Part shown: piece after piece, positions 63,500 through 64,000 of the stretch
Layout: each line of letters starts with the position of its first letter
Position numbering within the stretch: the stretch's first letter is position 1
Assembly: GCA_026770705.1 (NCBI GenBank)
Contig: JANJGN010000035.1
Coordinates: 6,944,001-7,008,000, forward strand
Reading direction: 5' to 3'
DNA length: 64,000 nucleotides
Source of the DNA: Isurus oxyrinchus
Taxonomy: Eukaryota
The notes under the pieces: generated by a model
What the model was told of the DNA's origin: nothing
Database searches by the model: none
Seen by the model: the letters and a program-made list of their open reading frames with translations, nothing else
Position numbers and translations under genes: made by a program

Positions 63500-64000
63500 C
63501 AGAAGATTCGAAGGAAGGTGATAAAGCAGATAAAATTTGCAAAGGGAGAAGTAAAATAAGGTGGCACCCAGCATAAATGGGAATAGAGAATTTTTCGATG
63601 AGCATTTAAATATTTAATGGATGTAAAAGGTGGAAGAGGGCGAATTTGGAAAAGAAGGAGGATGTGCACTTGGAGACAGCGCAGAGATATTAAATTACTA
63701 ATTTGTCTCTGTCTTTACCAAGGAACAATATGCTATTAGGGCTATGTACGAAGTGAAAGTAATTGAAAATAGAATTGAAACAATTTAAACGCTTTCTGAA
63801 TTGATAACGAACATTTTTGGATAGCTAGCCTGTACCTCAACTTGATACGAGCTCAGGATAAGATGAACTAGATGGAAGGATGCTGTGCTAAGTGAAACCG
63901 AAAGTGGCACGGACAGACGTGGTTTAATAAAAAGAAGCCGGCGTGGATTTCCAAAGAGAAAATCAGGTGTGATGAATTTGTTGGAATTTTCGATGATGCA
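63500..64000 (+). mobile_element. Decayed CR1 ORF2 fragment, cut by the window end
   Basis: AEILNY*FVSVFTKE and SRRGFPKRKSGVMNLLEF motifs. Confidence 0.7.

Noticed and set aside
1-64000. ORF-track entries as host genes
   Set aside because: All are short (207 aa or fewer). The recognisable ones are transposon fragments or their antisense frames, and I could not assemble a coherent multi-exon host gene.
1-64000. CRISPR array or prokaryotic operon
   Set aside because: There are no regularly spaced identical repeats and no long ORFs. The sequence is vertebrate-type repeat DNA.

Overview
Eukaryotic, AT-rich, repeat-saturated DNA, most consistent with a cartilaginous fish (shark or ray) intergenic or intronic region. 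The taxon is inferred from the repeat families, not proven. I found no intact host protein-coding gene, RNA gene or CRISPR array, and almost all ORF-track entries are fragments or antisense readings of decayed transposons. The window holds about 20 CR1 LINE fragments, three with SGNH-esterase ORF1 remnants. A second LINE family starts directly with a tRNA-derived SINE-like head. Penelope-like (GIY-YIG) elements have termini carrying minimal hammerhead-ribozyme motifs, including a 147-bp inverted mini-insert with a 15-bp target-site duplication. There are four minus-strand Gmr1-like Gypsy LTR remnants; collectively they show SCAN-like Gag, integrase upstream of RT and a tRNA-Pro PBS, and one is nearly full length. 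A separate plus-strand Gypsy gag and a PIF/Harbinger remnant with a 3-exon Myb/SANT gene are also present. Motifs were translated and compared by eye, and most element boundaries are approximate.
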